DNA of 63,433 bases, counting the filler, from Sphacelaria rigidula (Eukaryota), in the NCBI GenBank assembly GCA_964200075.2. It is 11 parts of 11 records of this genome, joined end to end, with 100 filler letters (N's around TTAATTAATTAA, not from the genome) between each part and the next. Parts side by side here need not be neighbours in the genome. Positions count along the whole stretch, not along the records: positions 1 to 5,676 come from CAXNAA020025338.1; positions 5,777 to 11,452 come from CAXNAA020025339.1; positions 11,553 to 17,228 come from CAXNAA020025340.1; 8 more parts are not named here. One strand, given 5' to 3'. The notes under the pieces were generated by a model. The model was not told where the DNA came from and searched no databases. It saw only the letters and a list, made by a program, of their open reading frames with translations. Position numbers and translations under genes: made by a program. Every line of letters starts with the position of its first letter. Within the stretch, counting starts at the first letter, position 1. Shown in pieces: positions 1 through 11,891 of this stretch.

Positions 1-330
1 CCAAAACACGACTTTCGAAATAGGTGAGAGTACGCCAGGGTTTTTCTTCCAATTTACTAGGGATATCCCGAATGAATTTGCAAACGGGGATATCCTGACC
101 CATATTCTTGTGTAGTTCCTAATTTTAGAAACCCCTGAATCAAGCCGGTTTTGGCCCCAAAAGTGCAGACCCTATCGCAGCATCACTCCTAGCAAATTGG
201 AAGAAAAATCCTGGCGTACCCTCACCTATTTCGAAAGTCGTGTTTTGGATGAGATAAAGGGTTCCTAACAATTCTACTCTCAGGCCGTAAAAGTGCTGAC
301 CCTATCGCAGCATCACTCTTGACAGAACGG
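1..330. repeat. Foldback-type repeat, related to 46455-46820
   Basis: 1-60 is a near-perfect inverted copy of 189-248. 60-175 matches the reverse complement of about 46461-46575. 200-320 matches about 46590-46705 directly. Confidence 0.7.
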
Positions 331-473
331 ATATGCTCCGGGGCTATCATTTTACGGAACGGCCGCTCGACAGACCCGTCACTTCACTGGCACTGCCCCA
401 GCCTAGTGCGGTGAAAAGTGCCTTCAACAAGTTCGACTTGTTTCACTATTTTTGAGCAATTGCACTAAGCATA

Positions 474-1044
474 CCTTTGTTGTTCGGAAATATAAGATCG
501 GTTGGGATGCTCGAAATATAATATCAGTTTTGTCTTTGAGGGGGTTACAAAAGGTATTTTGCATCGTGTGTTTTTGCCGTGCTCCCGTCGGTATACAGAT
601 GAAAGATATGGCCTACAACAGGGGACGGTGATCTTTCATCCCCTCCCAATATTGTTTTTTCTCAGGACGAATTTTCCGAAGATCTGGTCAGTAAGGAAAG
701 TCGGATGCCGTTTTCTCTCCCGTGTGGAGCGAAGACAAGGTTTTTTTCCGATCTATTTTTTTAGGCGTAATCTTGGCTATATAGAGCATGCTGTAGACCG
801 ACAATTCGATGAAGAAACCAACATCTTCCCTTTTGACCTGGAGCAAAACTACAGGGTACTAAGAATCGGCACCTTTGAAGCGAAAACAAAAGCACAAGGA
901 AAAACAAATTGGAAGAAAGAAAGTGTTTTTTTCGAAGAAAAACTGATGTTTTAGGTGAGAATCGAACTCCCGCCCGAATTTTTCATCGACAGGTTGACTT
1001 ACTAAGAGTCCTGTCCGAACCGATCTTATATATTCGAACAGAGG
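474..1044. mobile_element. Non-autonomous TIR element (Tc1/mariner-type MITE), TA target-site duplication
   Basis: Imperfect ~28-bp TIRs: CCTTTGTTGTTCGGAAATATAAGATCGGTT and AACCGATCTTATATATTCGAACAGAGG. Flanked by TA at 472-473 and 1045-1046. Confidence 0.6.
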
Positions 1045-1261
1045 TAGTAATAGTGTAACCCGAGATTTCAATATAGTACGGCCATGTCGAACTAGCAATC
1101 CCACTACCGCACTGCGGTGTTATCTATCACGTGTATGTGGCCATGGTGCAAGCGATCACCGCACGATGGGACCCCGCTGCAGATGAAATTTCCCTTTCGT
1201 TCGTCTCCTCCCCACCTCGCTCATGATGAAGATGAACATACAGATCAGAGAATTAATGCAG

Positions 1262-4140
1262 ATCTCGAGTAGGAGCTGTTTCGTGGAGGAGGTACTCAGA
1301 TCGCGGTATGTGTCGTATGTGCAAGCATGATGAGTATCAGACCGCAATGTGCTTCTTCGCTGTCCAGTACACAAGTGCACATAAAAGACTCGATAGCCCA
1401 ACTAATTGAAAAGGGTGAAGGAGGGAGGATATGCCGACGCCACGCACAGAGTTTTCACACGGATCAGCAGCAGCGATATGCAGTGCTGCCGGATGAAGAC
1501 AATACGGCACTCCCTGTTTATCATGCCACCTCCCCCTCCTTCTGAGCCCCTACATGATGTGTTTTCGTCGAACAACTCTGGTCCGTGTCGCCACCCCCCG
1601 CTGCTCCCCTCCCCGCGCTGGAGAGTGGAACACACAGTAGTGGCAGAATGTAAACTATACAGGAGGAACGGGAAGTATTAGAGGGGGAAATATGGGAAGT
1701 AAACGAAGGTGGCATGACATCGTTTGATAAATAAGACAGTAGCGAAAAAACTATGGCTATACTGGGAGATAGATGGTAGTCACAGACGACGAAACAGGAA
1801 GAGGAGAAGATATGCAGAGGGTTTTTGCATCATGTTAGGAGCAAGAACGGTGCTCCGTCTCGAAAGGGATGAGTGGCCAATCATCAAACGATCAAGGCAA
1901 GCAACAAATGAGTACGCCCCATCCCGCCCATCCTGCCCTATGTCTCCAAAAATCCACCGTTGTTTCCAGAGAAGGAACAATAGCGATAATTAGGGCAGTA
2001 GGTGACAACCGAGGGCCCCTGGAGGCGGTAAGGCTGGAAAATACCACGGTGGCGGGGATGGAGTTCGAAGCGGCGTGTGAGGCAGAGGCGGCGCTGTCCG
2101 TCCGAAAACAATGGGTGGAGGTATGTAGTATGTGTGTAGAATAGCCTGTCGTAGGCATCCAAGATCAAAATAGCTTCAGGATTAACAAGTGAAGATACGC
2201 GTATGCACACTAATCTCTCCACCACAGACTGCCGGCAGAAGAAAGGACTGCTTAGGCAAATTTACAAGACGTGAGCGCGTGGCCGATGGGATAATACTCG
2301 GAATTTGACCCGCAGTACTGTATAAATCAGGCATTACGGTTTTGCCATATAATTTTGACCAAATTCGATAGAGACACACACATATATATTCATATACATA
2401 TAGCCCATACTTCATATTTTGGGCACGACGAAGACTGCCCATGTATTATTCAACATTGGTAAAAGTTAAACCTGCAGCGACCAACGCACAGACAACCGTG
2501 CGTAAAAGCCGGGTTGTTGTGTTTTTTTTTCGGCTTTTCAGCAAGTCGTCCTGGTCCGCTATGATGTGTGCTCGTTTCGCGTATATCCAAAGATCCAGGT
2601 TAGCGTGGCTATTTTCGAATCATTCTTAACAATATGTGCATTAGAATTTACAGCGGCAAACGGTCGATCCCTTGAGGCTATAGATTCGCCCAGAGAAAAC
2701 GGAGAGGTCGAACGTGCGCCGAAAAACAGCAAGAGGAAGGAGTAAGGAATACAAAAATATGTCGAGAATGATAAACGCCGGGTTCCGCGGGTGTATCATC
2801 GGAAGTTAACCCCGACTGTTGTCAGTATTCCGTCGGCAGCCCGTTTATGTCTTCGATGGATGTGTGTCTATTTAGTTATTTCTACCGTCAGTCTGTGGCA
2901 GCAGAAAAGTATACAGTAGTGTCCATGTGAACATTGTTTTGATCTTAAGCATTGTATTCATGTCGTGGTCTATTGTAATCCGTTATAGTGATATAGTTAC
3001 ACCTACGATGTGCGAAGTGTATGCATCATGGCACAATGCAGGACAGTACAGTACAGTTGTGATGAAGCTCGAAGGCGTAGCAAGATATCACAATCTGCAG
3101 GTCTGTTCGTAGACCCTGGGTTCCGCGACCCGCTGTTACTGTGTTTGCTACTGTCATTAGTTAGGATTGCGTTCGGCCGCGGCCAGAGGCCGCGTTGAAC
3201 CACCTCGATCAGTTGCTGGCGTCGCCTTGGTCTACTCTGGACCATCACTACGCTCTCCTCCTTTGGCTGCGCCGTGGCTGTACTGAGAAAAAGAGCTGTC
3301 TACATCTGGATCAACCTACTGTGTGATTTTTCATGATGGATAGCTATAGGTCGTACGCTGTGCCCACGTGAGAGCTTGGGTTGGCTGGAACCAATGGTAC
3401 CTCCTGGCACTCGTACTGAGAGACCTCAGCCAATGCATTAGCTACACCATCATTGTAACATAGCACGAGACATGTACATACATTTGGTATGCATTGCAAA
3501 AAGATTGCCCGGCTCTCTCCTCGTACTCAAACTTTATATCCATGTGTCATTTTCCTTTGATTTCCTTGGGTGCATGCATCTAGTTACGACTGCGGCTGGT
3601 TGGTGGATCATTTCTATTTTGTTTTCCGTTACACGTTCAACCCCTTCCTTTCTCGGGACGAGCCCGAGGTGTCGAGGAGTCAACCCGCTTCTGCCCCGGT
3701 ATACTTCTTCAGGTATGGTATCGCGAATTGGATCATGACTATCAGCACTCCCGCACCGCGTCGACTCTCGTCAAATACGCTTCCTTTGCTATTGATGTCC
3801 CCACGTGTTTAACGACGGAAATAGGATAGTCTTCAGTGGAAGAAAAATCGCCACCGGGAATCGTACCGCAACTCTCCCGACCTGATTGGTTTCAGTTCCA
3901 ACAGATGGATCACCGAGGCGCGGCGGTAGTGCAATCAGTCAACCGGTCAACCAAGCGGAATAACTAGACTCCAAATCTTACTTCGCGACCCTGATAATGG
4001 TTTCAGGCACTGATAATCGTTTTCGATCCGACTAACAATGGTTCAAGGCCCTGAAATCACGTCTGTGTCGACGGGTTCGAGAGATAGAGCTAGGGTGCAG
4101 GAACAATAATAATCAGAACAACAACGACAACAACAATAGT

Positions 4141-4176
<36 letters not shown>

Positions 4177-4238
4177 AGTAACAACAACAATAATGATCAT
4201 GAATAACAATAGCAACACGTAATACTAGTGACAATACT

Positions 4239-4271
<33 letters not shown>

Positions 4272-5281
4272 AAGAAGAAGAAATACCGACATTACTGATA
4301 AGGCCCTCAAACCAATTCTGTCAGACCCAGAGAAAATTCGCTTGTATGGCTTAAGATTCACAGACGATGCCACGGTTCAACTTCATTTCAATAAATGAAA
4401 AACAGATTGTCTGCGAGTACCCCGATCGTGAGCGAACGACTGGCGACTCTCGCGGTGGCCCGGTGTCTTGGATGACGGAATACTCCCCGCTGAAGGATGA
4501 GAACACAGCTTACGAGTCGGGGAAAGATGCACAGGAGGAAGCTTATCTGCTGCAGCAAAGAAAGGAACTAGAGAATATGAGAAGGAAATTGGAGCTGAAA
4601 ATAGCGCAAGCGCAGAGCAAGAACAGATTCTTCACAACAGCAACGGCGGCAGCGAAGGCGATGACACCCGGAACTCCAAGACGCGAGGCAATGGCGGGAA
4701 GACCACCACAACCACTGGCGTGGTCGGATACGCCCAGAAAAAACGTCGGCGTTGTCGAAAAAGGTAGGCTTGAACGAGGTAGCAAGGGTCGGGTGATGTC
4801 ACATGCTAGTTGAAAATATCCACCAGAAATGTGGAGAATAGTTGAGATTTTGCGGGAGAGTCGGGTGGGGGCGGGGCGGGGCGAGAGGAAAGTTCAACAT
4901 ATGGAGTCGATACAACTATTTGTTATACGTCGGCCAGTAGTCAACTAACGTGTGGTTGATTTACAGTAGTACACCCGGATATTAAGTACGCTATGAAGCA
5001 GAGACTGTGCAAGTATCATACAGAGGTAGTGCAGCGGCCATCCCCATATTTTGTCGTGAATGTTTAGTAAGGAGCTGGTTCTAGAATTGTTAATCATTGA
5101 TCGGTCAGTAGCCAACGCCTGATTGTTCTTATGAAACTTTCTTCCTCGCTTCTCCCCTCGCTCCCCTTACTTATGCCTGCGCTTACCCGGAGGTGGACCA
5201 GATGCGAACGATGATAATTCATCCTCGCTGAAGTTAACGCTGGGACCTCCTAAGAAGGCTGTGTTGGTCCCAGTTTTATCC
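1262..5281 (+). CDS. Partial multi-exon gene, unknown protein with a coiled-coil segment
   Basis: Phase-compatible AG/GT exons 1262-1305, 1450-1580, 2002-2120, 4406-4763 and 5202-5281 give one open frame: ISSRSCFVEEVLRSR-VFTRISSS...GDNRGPLEAVRLE...RKQWVE-IVCEYPDRE...QQRKELENMRRKLELKIAQ...DANDDNSSSLKL. No recognisable domain. Confidence 0.55.
3626..3927 (-). mobile_element. tRNA-derived SINE, family B (degenerate copy)
   Basis: Reverse complement aligns with 42960-43264 (ccgccgcgcc head, gacgcggtgcgggagtgctga, ctcgtcccgag). Confidence 0.65.
4116..4282. repeat. Microsatellites (CAA)n and (AAG)n
   Basis: Seen directly: CAA run at about 4116-4190, AAG run at about 4242-4282. Confidence 0.9.
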
Positions 5282-5676
5282 GTAAGGTGCGGCACCGAAA
5301 GCACTTCGTATAGCCGTTGTGCCCTCGTTGGTCGAGGTAAAGCATACATCAACGCTCTAGAGGTTTTTCGGGGATAGGATACGTGGATCCATAAATTATC
5401 CTGACAGCAACAGTACCACAGTACTGGATTCAATGCTTCAGTTTGTTCCCGTTTTTTTCGAGCAAAAGCGGTTGAGCTTGCAGTAGAATACAGTAGAATA
5501 CAGTCAACTCTACGATGAAGTCGACGGAGTCGCGCGAGGCCGATATAATGCACGATGGTAAACAAAGGTGGAAGGTCATCACGTATCCAAGACGATATTA
5601 CTGGACCCAGCTTGATTAAGGCTGCGGACTCGTTATGAGGAGGGGGGGGGGCGTACTCATTTTTTGCTTGCCTTAG

Positions 5677-5776
5677 NNNNNNNNNNNNNNNNNNNNNNNN
5701 NNNNNNNNNNNNNNNNNNNNTTAATTAATTAANNNNNNNNNNNNNNNNNNNNNNNNNNNNNNNNNNNNNNNNNNNN
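5677..5776. other. Artificial scaffold spacer
   Basis: N44-TTAATTAATTAA-N44, with stops in all six frames. Confidence 0.97.
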
Positions 5777-6284
5777 CCCTCCCAGCCGACGGTCATTCAC
5801 CACCGTAAGAGGGACAAGTACTACCTCAAACCGCGCTATACACCCCCCAGATGCAAGGCGCTATGCTAGATTATGCGCAAAACAAAAATGGTCGTGTCGG
5901 GATTCGAACTCGTGACCTCTGTGATAAGATGCGGTTCCACCAGTTTGACCAACGGGTGCCACGCGAAAAATTGGATACTGTGGGTAATTCGAAGAGTTAG
6001 GCGCTGAAATTTTGACACAATATTTTTATTATTACTACGCACAACATTTCTGGAGGTGCATCCGTATTTCTCATTTTTCACGGACTTATAGCATCTTTCT
6101 AGTTTTTGCGGTAACTTCAAATCGCTCTAACTTCCTGTTTCTTTGTTTTTTTCAATGCACCTCGAGAAATGTTGAGCGTAGTGATGATGAAATGTTGCGA
6201 AAAAATTCAGCGCCCAACTCTTCGAATTACCCACAGCATCGCCAAAATACATTAAAAAATCTCTGTCGGCTGGCCCAGCCTGTA

Positions 6285-6390
6285 CCACACCCTCGACAAT
6301 ATATGGTCAACAGTTGCAACATGCCTATACTTCACGCAGTACATTCTTGTCTATTGCAAGTGTTGACCATATGTTGTCAAGGGTATGATA
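6285..6390. mobile_element. Small hairpin MITE
   Basis: Inverted repeat accctcgacaatatatggtcaacagttgcaa / ttgcaagtgttgaccatatgttgtcaagggt. Related sequence at about 25445-25580. Confidence 0.55.
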
Positions 6391-6652
6391 TATACCCATA
6401 CGGGTAGGGTTATCACCTATGGACTTGGGCACAAACTGTGAATGAGATGTCCACATCAAAACTTATATAGTGGTTGTTGGTAGTCCACAGAGGAAATGTG
6501 AACTCGAGTCTCACGCCAATTAAGAGGTTCTTGAGCGGTGGCGCCACCTGTTCATGATTGATTGATTGACTGTGTGTATACATACAACTATATACTAGGA
6601 ATATATATTGCAAACAAAATCTCGCGTATCTTGGAAAAAAAAACGATTATAC

Positions 6653-9113
6653 CTGCACGGCGATAACCATCATGCCCGTTTGCTGGGGCGACATACTCAG
6701 GCTTTGCCTCAGGGCCAGGTTCTCCGTAGACTGGAAACGGACCCCCAGCCGAGGGAAGCCTGCATACTTGCCACCGTGCCGCTTCACGTCTTCGAGGAAA
6801 TGTTCGAGAACGTTCACTGGAACCACGTAGCTGTTGTCGACGAAACCAAACGAGAGACGAGCAAAGAAAGGAAAAGCACAATCGAAAAAGGGAAAACAAA
6901 AGGGGATGCCGTATCTTTTTCGTTACTTTTCTGCGACCCTCTTTAATATAGTGCACCGTTCTTTTTGTGGAAGCGACTGGCAGGAGTTGGTCGCGACGTC
7001 AATGAATCGAAACCGATGTGATGTCGACAAAAAAGTAGAAGAACGGACTGGGTTATTGCGTAGTTAATATATCGTACCATAGACCACTCCACACGCTGAT
7101 GCAAGAAGGGAGCGGGAAAATACCAGATCAAAATAACCAATTTTGAAATGGGTATTTATTGATGAATAAAATAATGAATACAGAAGGGAATCGCTACAGC
7201 TACAGTTTTAAACAAAAGTGTGTGTGTTTCTTTGTAAGTTCAGCCCGATGATGCTGCAACGAAGTCCATTGAGTAGTACTGTACTGAAGTCCTTTCATGC
7301 CAATTGCGAGCTTTCATCGGCTGAACTCTTCGAAATGACGGCCAAGAAGCTACCCCCCCCCCCAGAAGAGTCAAGCTGCGTTTCAGCCACACAACGTCAA
7401 ATAAAATTTCGCTCAATGCCTCTGAAAGGGGGGCGACGGAATGTCGGCGAGGGAGGGGACAGAATGCCGGCGGGGGAGGGGACGGAAGGAAGGTGGGGCG
7501 CGCGGGGGAGGGGGGGGGTTCTGATGTGGTTGGCAACAGTATGTATTACATCAATCCGGAGATATGACGAGTAGTACCGCTTGAACATGAAACTTCGAGA
7601 AAGTCTGTACTATCAACCGGGTTATGGAGTAAGCTAAGAGATTAAATATAGATCCGACTTTTGGGGGTGACAATCAATGGGCATTGGATGATGAGAATAC
7701 GAACAAAATATGCTTGGAAAGGAGAAGGGGGGAAGGGGGCTTGGGCGGGGGGGGGCTTTACTTTTAGGAAATAGACGTGTGCAGTAAGGTCCAACGGTGA
7801 AAGTGGGACGATATAATACCCCCTATCCTGTGCACGGGAAACGAACTGACACATACGGTACCCCAGACCTTGAGAGAAACATGGACAAGTCAAAGACAGC
7901 AAACGGAAAATAAAGTGCGTGATACGATGTGACACCCGAGGCGTAGATTACACCCTCTGGCACCCTTGCTGGCATGTACATTTTTGTATCGAGATGTGCT
8001 GTGTAGCTCCAAGGCGGACGCAAATGGGGACCCAAATAATATTAAACCTCCAAGTATATGAGTATTTTAGTCAGTGTCTACATATATATATATATATCGA
8101 TCACGGGTACCATGCTTTTGTAGCAGACGACGAAAAACATTGAAGAACGAAAAAATAGGCGGGGTGGGGGGTGATAGATATAGGAAAGGCGAGGGGAGGG
8201 TGAAACACTGGACAAGAGTAGGACGTAGGTGAATTATGCTCCCCCAGTTTGATTTTTGTGTGTGCGAATGTTCCATGTGATTTGATGCTATAGTAGTAGT
8301 AGTCGTCGTCGTCGTCGTTGTCGTCGTCGCGTACCACGCAGTGAAATTACGCAGAACTTCAACGTGAAAAAAAAAAAAAGCCTGTGCCTGGAAGACTTTA
8401 CCCCAACTAAAAATTAGGGGCTGGACTTTCTACCCACAAACACACATCTTCATCCTTGGAACGGAGGGGGTGTACTCATGATCTTGCATGCCATTTTCAT
8501 ATGACCAATGACCTCGCATCCCTACAAAGCCGAGACGGAGCACGACGGGTTTTCGCCAGACCAGGCTCGTGACGGAGGGGACGGGGGGGAGAGACACAAG
8601 AACAACAAAATAAAGAAAGGGGCGAGAAAAGGAAAGGAGGGTCACAGAAGGAAAAATGGTACACAAAAAAACAAGAAAAGCAGAAAATAATCATATATTC
8701 AAGCGGCTATCAATCAATTCGCCAATACCTGCTGCTTCGAAACAACTCCAGTACCTGTATTACGTCTCGAAAGTGGTGCGTGGCGAATGGTCAGATGACT
8801 ATTACTACGGAGTATAAGGCAAGCAACAAATGAGCACGCCCCCCCTCCACTCCCCCGCATTCTCCAACGCATTTTTTTTTCTCCCCCGACCACATACCCG
8901 ATATTTTCCACATCGTAATCGGACAAGCTCTGGAACGCCACCCCCACCAACTCCCCGTTGCCATTGACCACCGGACCGCCGCTGTTCCCGGGGTTGATGG
9001 CAGCGTCGATCTGAACCGACAGCAAGTCTTGCCCCGCATTCGCATATGTCGTCATCTCCACTCGGCTCACAACCCCCGCCGTGATTGAGATGCACTCCCC
9101 TCCCACGGGAAAT
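6653..9113 (-). CDS. Deg/HtrA serine protease (plant Deg2/Deg9/Deg10-like), two internal exons
   Basis: Exon 9113-8898 reads [19 protein letters not shown]...[14 protein letters not shown]...VGVAFQ...ENIG and contains the catalytic Ser motif GNSGG. Exon 6830-6653 reads [44 protein letters not shown] (start of the PDZ region). The phase-2 junction GG|C restores ENIGYVVP. Confidence 0.92.
8465..8570 (+). repeat. G-tract-anchored short interspersed repeat (representative copy)
   Basis: GGGGTGTACTCATGATC...TGACCTCGCATCCCTACAAAGCCGAGACGGAGCAC...GACCAGGCT. About 14 related copies occur in the window (see findings). Confidence 0.8.
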
Positions 9114-9402
9114 CTGCAATTAATCGGGAGCGGCCAGTCAAGGGTGGGGTGGGGTGGGGTGGCGAGTGGGAATGTACTCGTGATCTTGTATGCCGCAGTC
9201 ATGAGACTATTGACCTCGCATCCCTGCAAAGCCGGGGCGGAGCACGCCGGGTTTTCAGCGGAACAAGCTCGCAATTATCAAGCGCGCAGCGTCGTGATGC
9301 GTTCGGTGAGTCGCGTGAGGGGTGAGCTGCATCCTTCCAAGACTGCTCGGCCCGAAGCGTACTGATTATCTCGTATATAGATGACCGCCTCCAAAGAGTC
9401 GC

Positions 9403-9582
9403 TTGATTTTCTGGTGTCGCTACTTCCAGAGACAGCCACGGGTTCCACATTGCCTCATGTGTGTCTCACCATTTAAAGATTACGTGGTAAGAGCACCCCC
9501 TCTGCGCGGAGTTGAGGTTCTCCACCCTGCACAATATGATCTACCTGTACCATCATCATGGTTACCGCAGAAAAACGGTAAT
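9403..9582. repeat. ~180-bp dispersed repeat, inverted copy at about 11261-11452
   Basis: cttccagagacagccacgg...gcggagttgaggttctcc...ttaccgcagaaaaacg matches the reverse complement of 11261-11452. Confidence 0.75.
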
Positions 9583-9616
9583 CTCTATGCATGTGTGTAT
9601 GTATATATGGATGTAC

Positions 9617-9668
9617 GTATGTATGTATGTATGTATGTATGTATGTATGTATGTATGTATGTATGTAT
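9617..9668. repeat. (TATG)n microsatellite
   Basis: Seen directly. Confidence 0.9.
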
Positions 9669-10213
9669 CACTGCCGTGCCGAAAAAAACATTGGGGGGGA
9701 AGACTTGTAGTACGCCCAAAATACCATGGTTGAGTTATGGTTGAGGGTAAAATACTATATCCATATTCCCCTCTGTTGTAGATACTGTAGTCCCATTACA
9801 TTTGGATCTTCTTGGGGAAGTGCTCACAGTCCCAAGCGCTCGTCCAGCGTGTGTTCCGTGCGTGCGCAGCGTGTGCAAGTACGCGTATTCCCTACAAGGC
9901 TGTGTACGCACCCATCTTGCGCGAGGGCTGTCTATCCGCCTTGGGTTGGGCTTGGATTGGGGTTCACGGAGTTAGCGCGTTAGCGTGTTACGGTATTGAC
10001 AAAAACAAAAAGACTTATTCATTCAACAATCGCGTTTAGGAAACAAACTGGGACGACATCCTCCTCCGCAGAGTACAGGAGATGAAGATCATTAGCGGTG
10101 CTTTTTGTTTGACTTGACTTCTTGAAAACTTTCAAGAGACGACAACAATCACCATGTGCAGCAAACACGTGGGCCTCATTTTCATATTTCACACCTTGCG
10201 GGGGGTCAGTTAA

Positions 10214-10330
10214 CCCTATAGGAACCCAGTGCTGATTTTTGTTTTGGTGAATCGGCATCATTTTCAGTCGTTTTCAAGTCAAAATGATGCCGATTAAAAA
10301 AAAAAAAATCGGCACTGGGTCCCAAAAGGG
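10214..10330. mobile_element. piggyBac-type palindromic MITE
   Basis: CCCT...AGGG termini with ~50-bp inverted arms. Flanked by TTAA (10210-10213) and TTCA (10331-10334). The uninterrupted host sequence is present at 34657-34680 (minus). Confidence 0.75.
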
Positions 10331-11452
10331 TTCAAGTGCGACAATCACATCAATTCAAATCAAACACCGTAACCTATTTATTCAAATCCTGGACCATACA
10401 TCCTTGTCTCCCCTGCACCTTGACCTGAACAATGGGCTTTTCAGTTCACGTACGCTACTCAAAGGTTGAAACCCTCACTCGTGGGAACACCATGTCCTGT
10501 CACGCCCACCCCTGGGAATCTGTCTGCCTCCGCTGTGGTTTACAAGTCGCGTTCCGTGATTCTCTGTCCTTATCTCAACTGCTATGAAACTACACTGTCG
10601 TGGTACCACTACTCGCACATGATAGGATTGTCCTGGATCTCCTCCGAACAGGAAGAGGGTGAGGTACGAGATCGGAGTAAAACGAACGACGGATCAAGTG
10701 ACCCTCTCGTACATCCCTTCCCCCTCCATGATGGAGGGTGAGGGTTAACCGACCGGACAGCCCATGAGCTACGTGAAATAACTACGAGTAAACGAAGAGG
10801 ACTCTCAGATACGTGGCAGCGGGGACCGAGAAGCCCAACGGCTACCTTTGCGTTGCTCGGCGTGCTCGGCGCCCAGCGCTGCAGGGGGCAAGTATGGAAA
10901 AACAGGCCAATTGAGCTACCTCATTATCCGGATCATTACACTAAAAATAACTAATTTTTCGGCAGCGCATGGGAGGCCCGACGTGTTCACGGTTTTGCTG
11001 CGAAAGAAGTGAAACCAACTAGCTTCACAGCACACTCCCCCCCGCGTGCTCTGTCCCGGCTTTGTAGTTCTTTGAGGCCAATGATCTTATGACTACGGTA
11101 TGGAAGATCATGAATACCCCCTCCCCACCCCCATGCCTGGCCCGGCGAGAACCCGGCGTGCTCCGTCCCGGCTTTGTGGGGGCGGACCTCCGATGCGGTT
11201 GGCGTCGGTTGGCGATGACGCTATTAAACACGCCACTCACTGCGTAAGCTAGGCAACCAGGTTACCGTTTTTATTTTGCGCGTTTTTTTGCGGTGACCAC
11301 GATGGTAGTCGAGCTAAATCATGCTGTGCGGCGTGGGAGAACCTCAACTCCGCACAAAGGGGATGATCGCACTACGTAGTTTCAATGGTGAGACACCCGT
11401 GACGCAGTGTATAAGCCGTGGCTGTCTCTGGAAGTGGCGATGCCAGCAAACA

Positions 11453-11552
11453 NNNNNNNNNNNNNNNNNNNNNNNNNNNNNNNNNNNNNNNNNNNNTTAA
11501 TTAATTAANNNNNNNNNNNNNNNNNNNNNNNNNNNNNNNNNNNNNNNNNNNN
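11453..11552. other. Artificial scaffold spacer
   Basis: N44-TTAATTAATTAA-N44. Confidence 0.97.
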
Positions 11553-11799
11553 CCCCCCTTGAAAACCACCTCCCCCGCCTTCTGGAAACCCCCGAATGTC
11601 TCCGGACTGTCAGCCTGTGAAACTGTTCCGAGGCGATGCTCGCTGTCCTAGAGTTAAACAAGTACGCAATTGGTTCGAGTGTGGACAATCATATTCGGAT
11701 ATTTTGATCCAATGAGCAGAGGGCAAATGTCCTCGTCTTGGAACATAACTATATTGTGGGCCCGATTCCGGGGTAGTATTAGGGTCCAACGACGAAGAA

Positions 11800-11838
<39 letters not shown>

Positions 11839-11891
11839 CAAGTACAGTGGCGACCAACTCGCGCATAGTTACACTTCGCCATCCATGTCAC

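Noticed and set aside
5721..5732. Recurrent TTAATTAATTAA motif with ~5776-bp periodicity
   Set aside because: It is an artificial six-frame-stop linker embedded in Ns.
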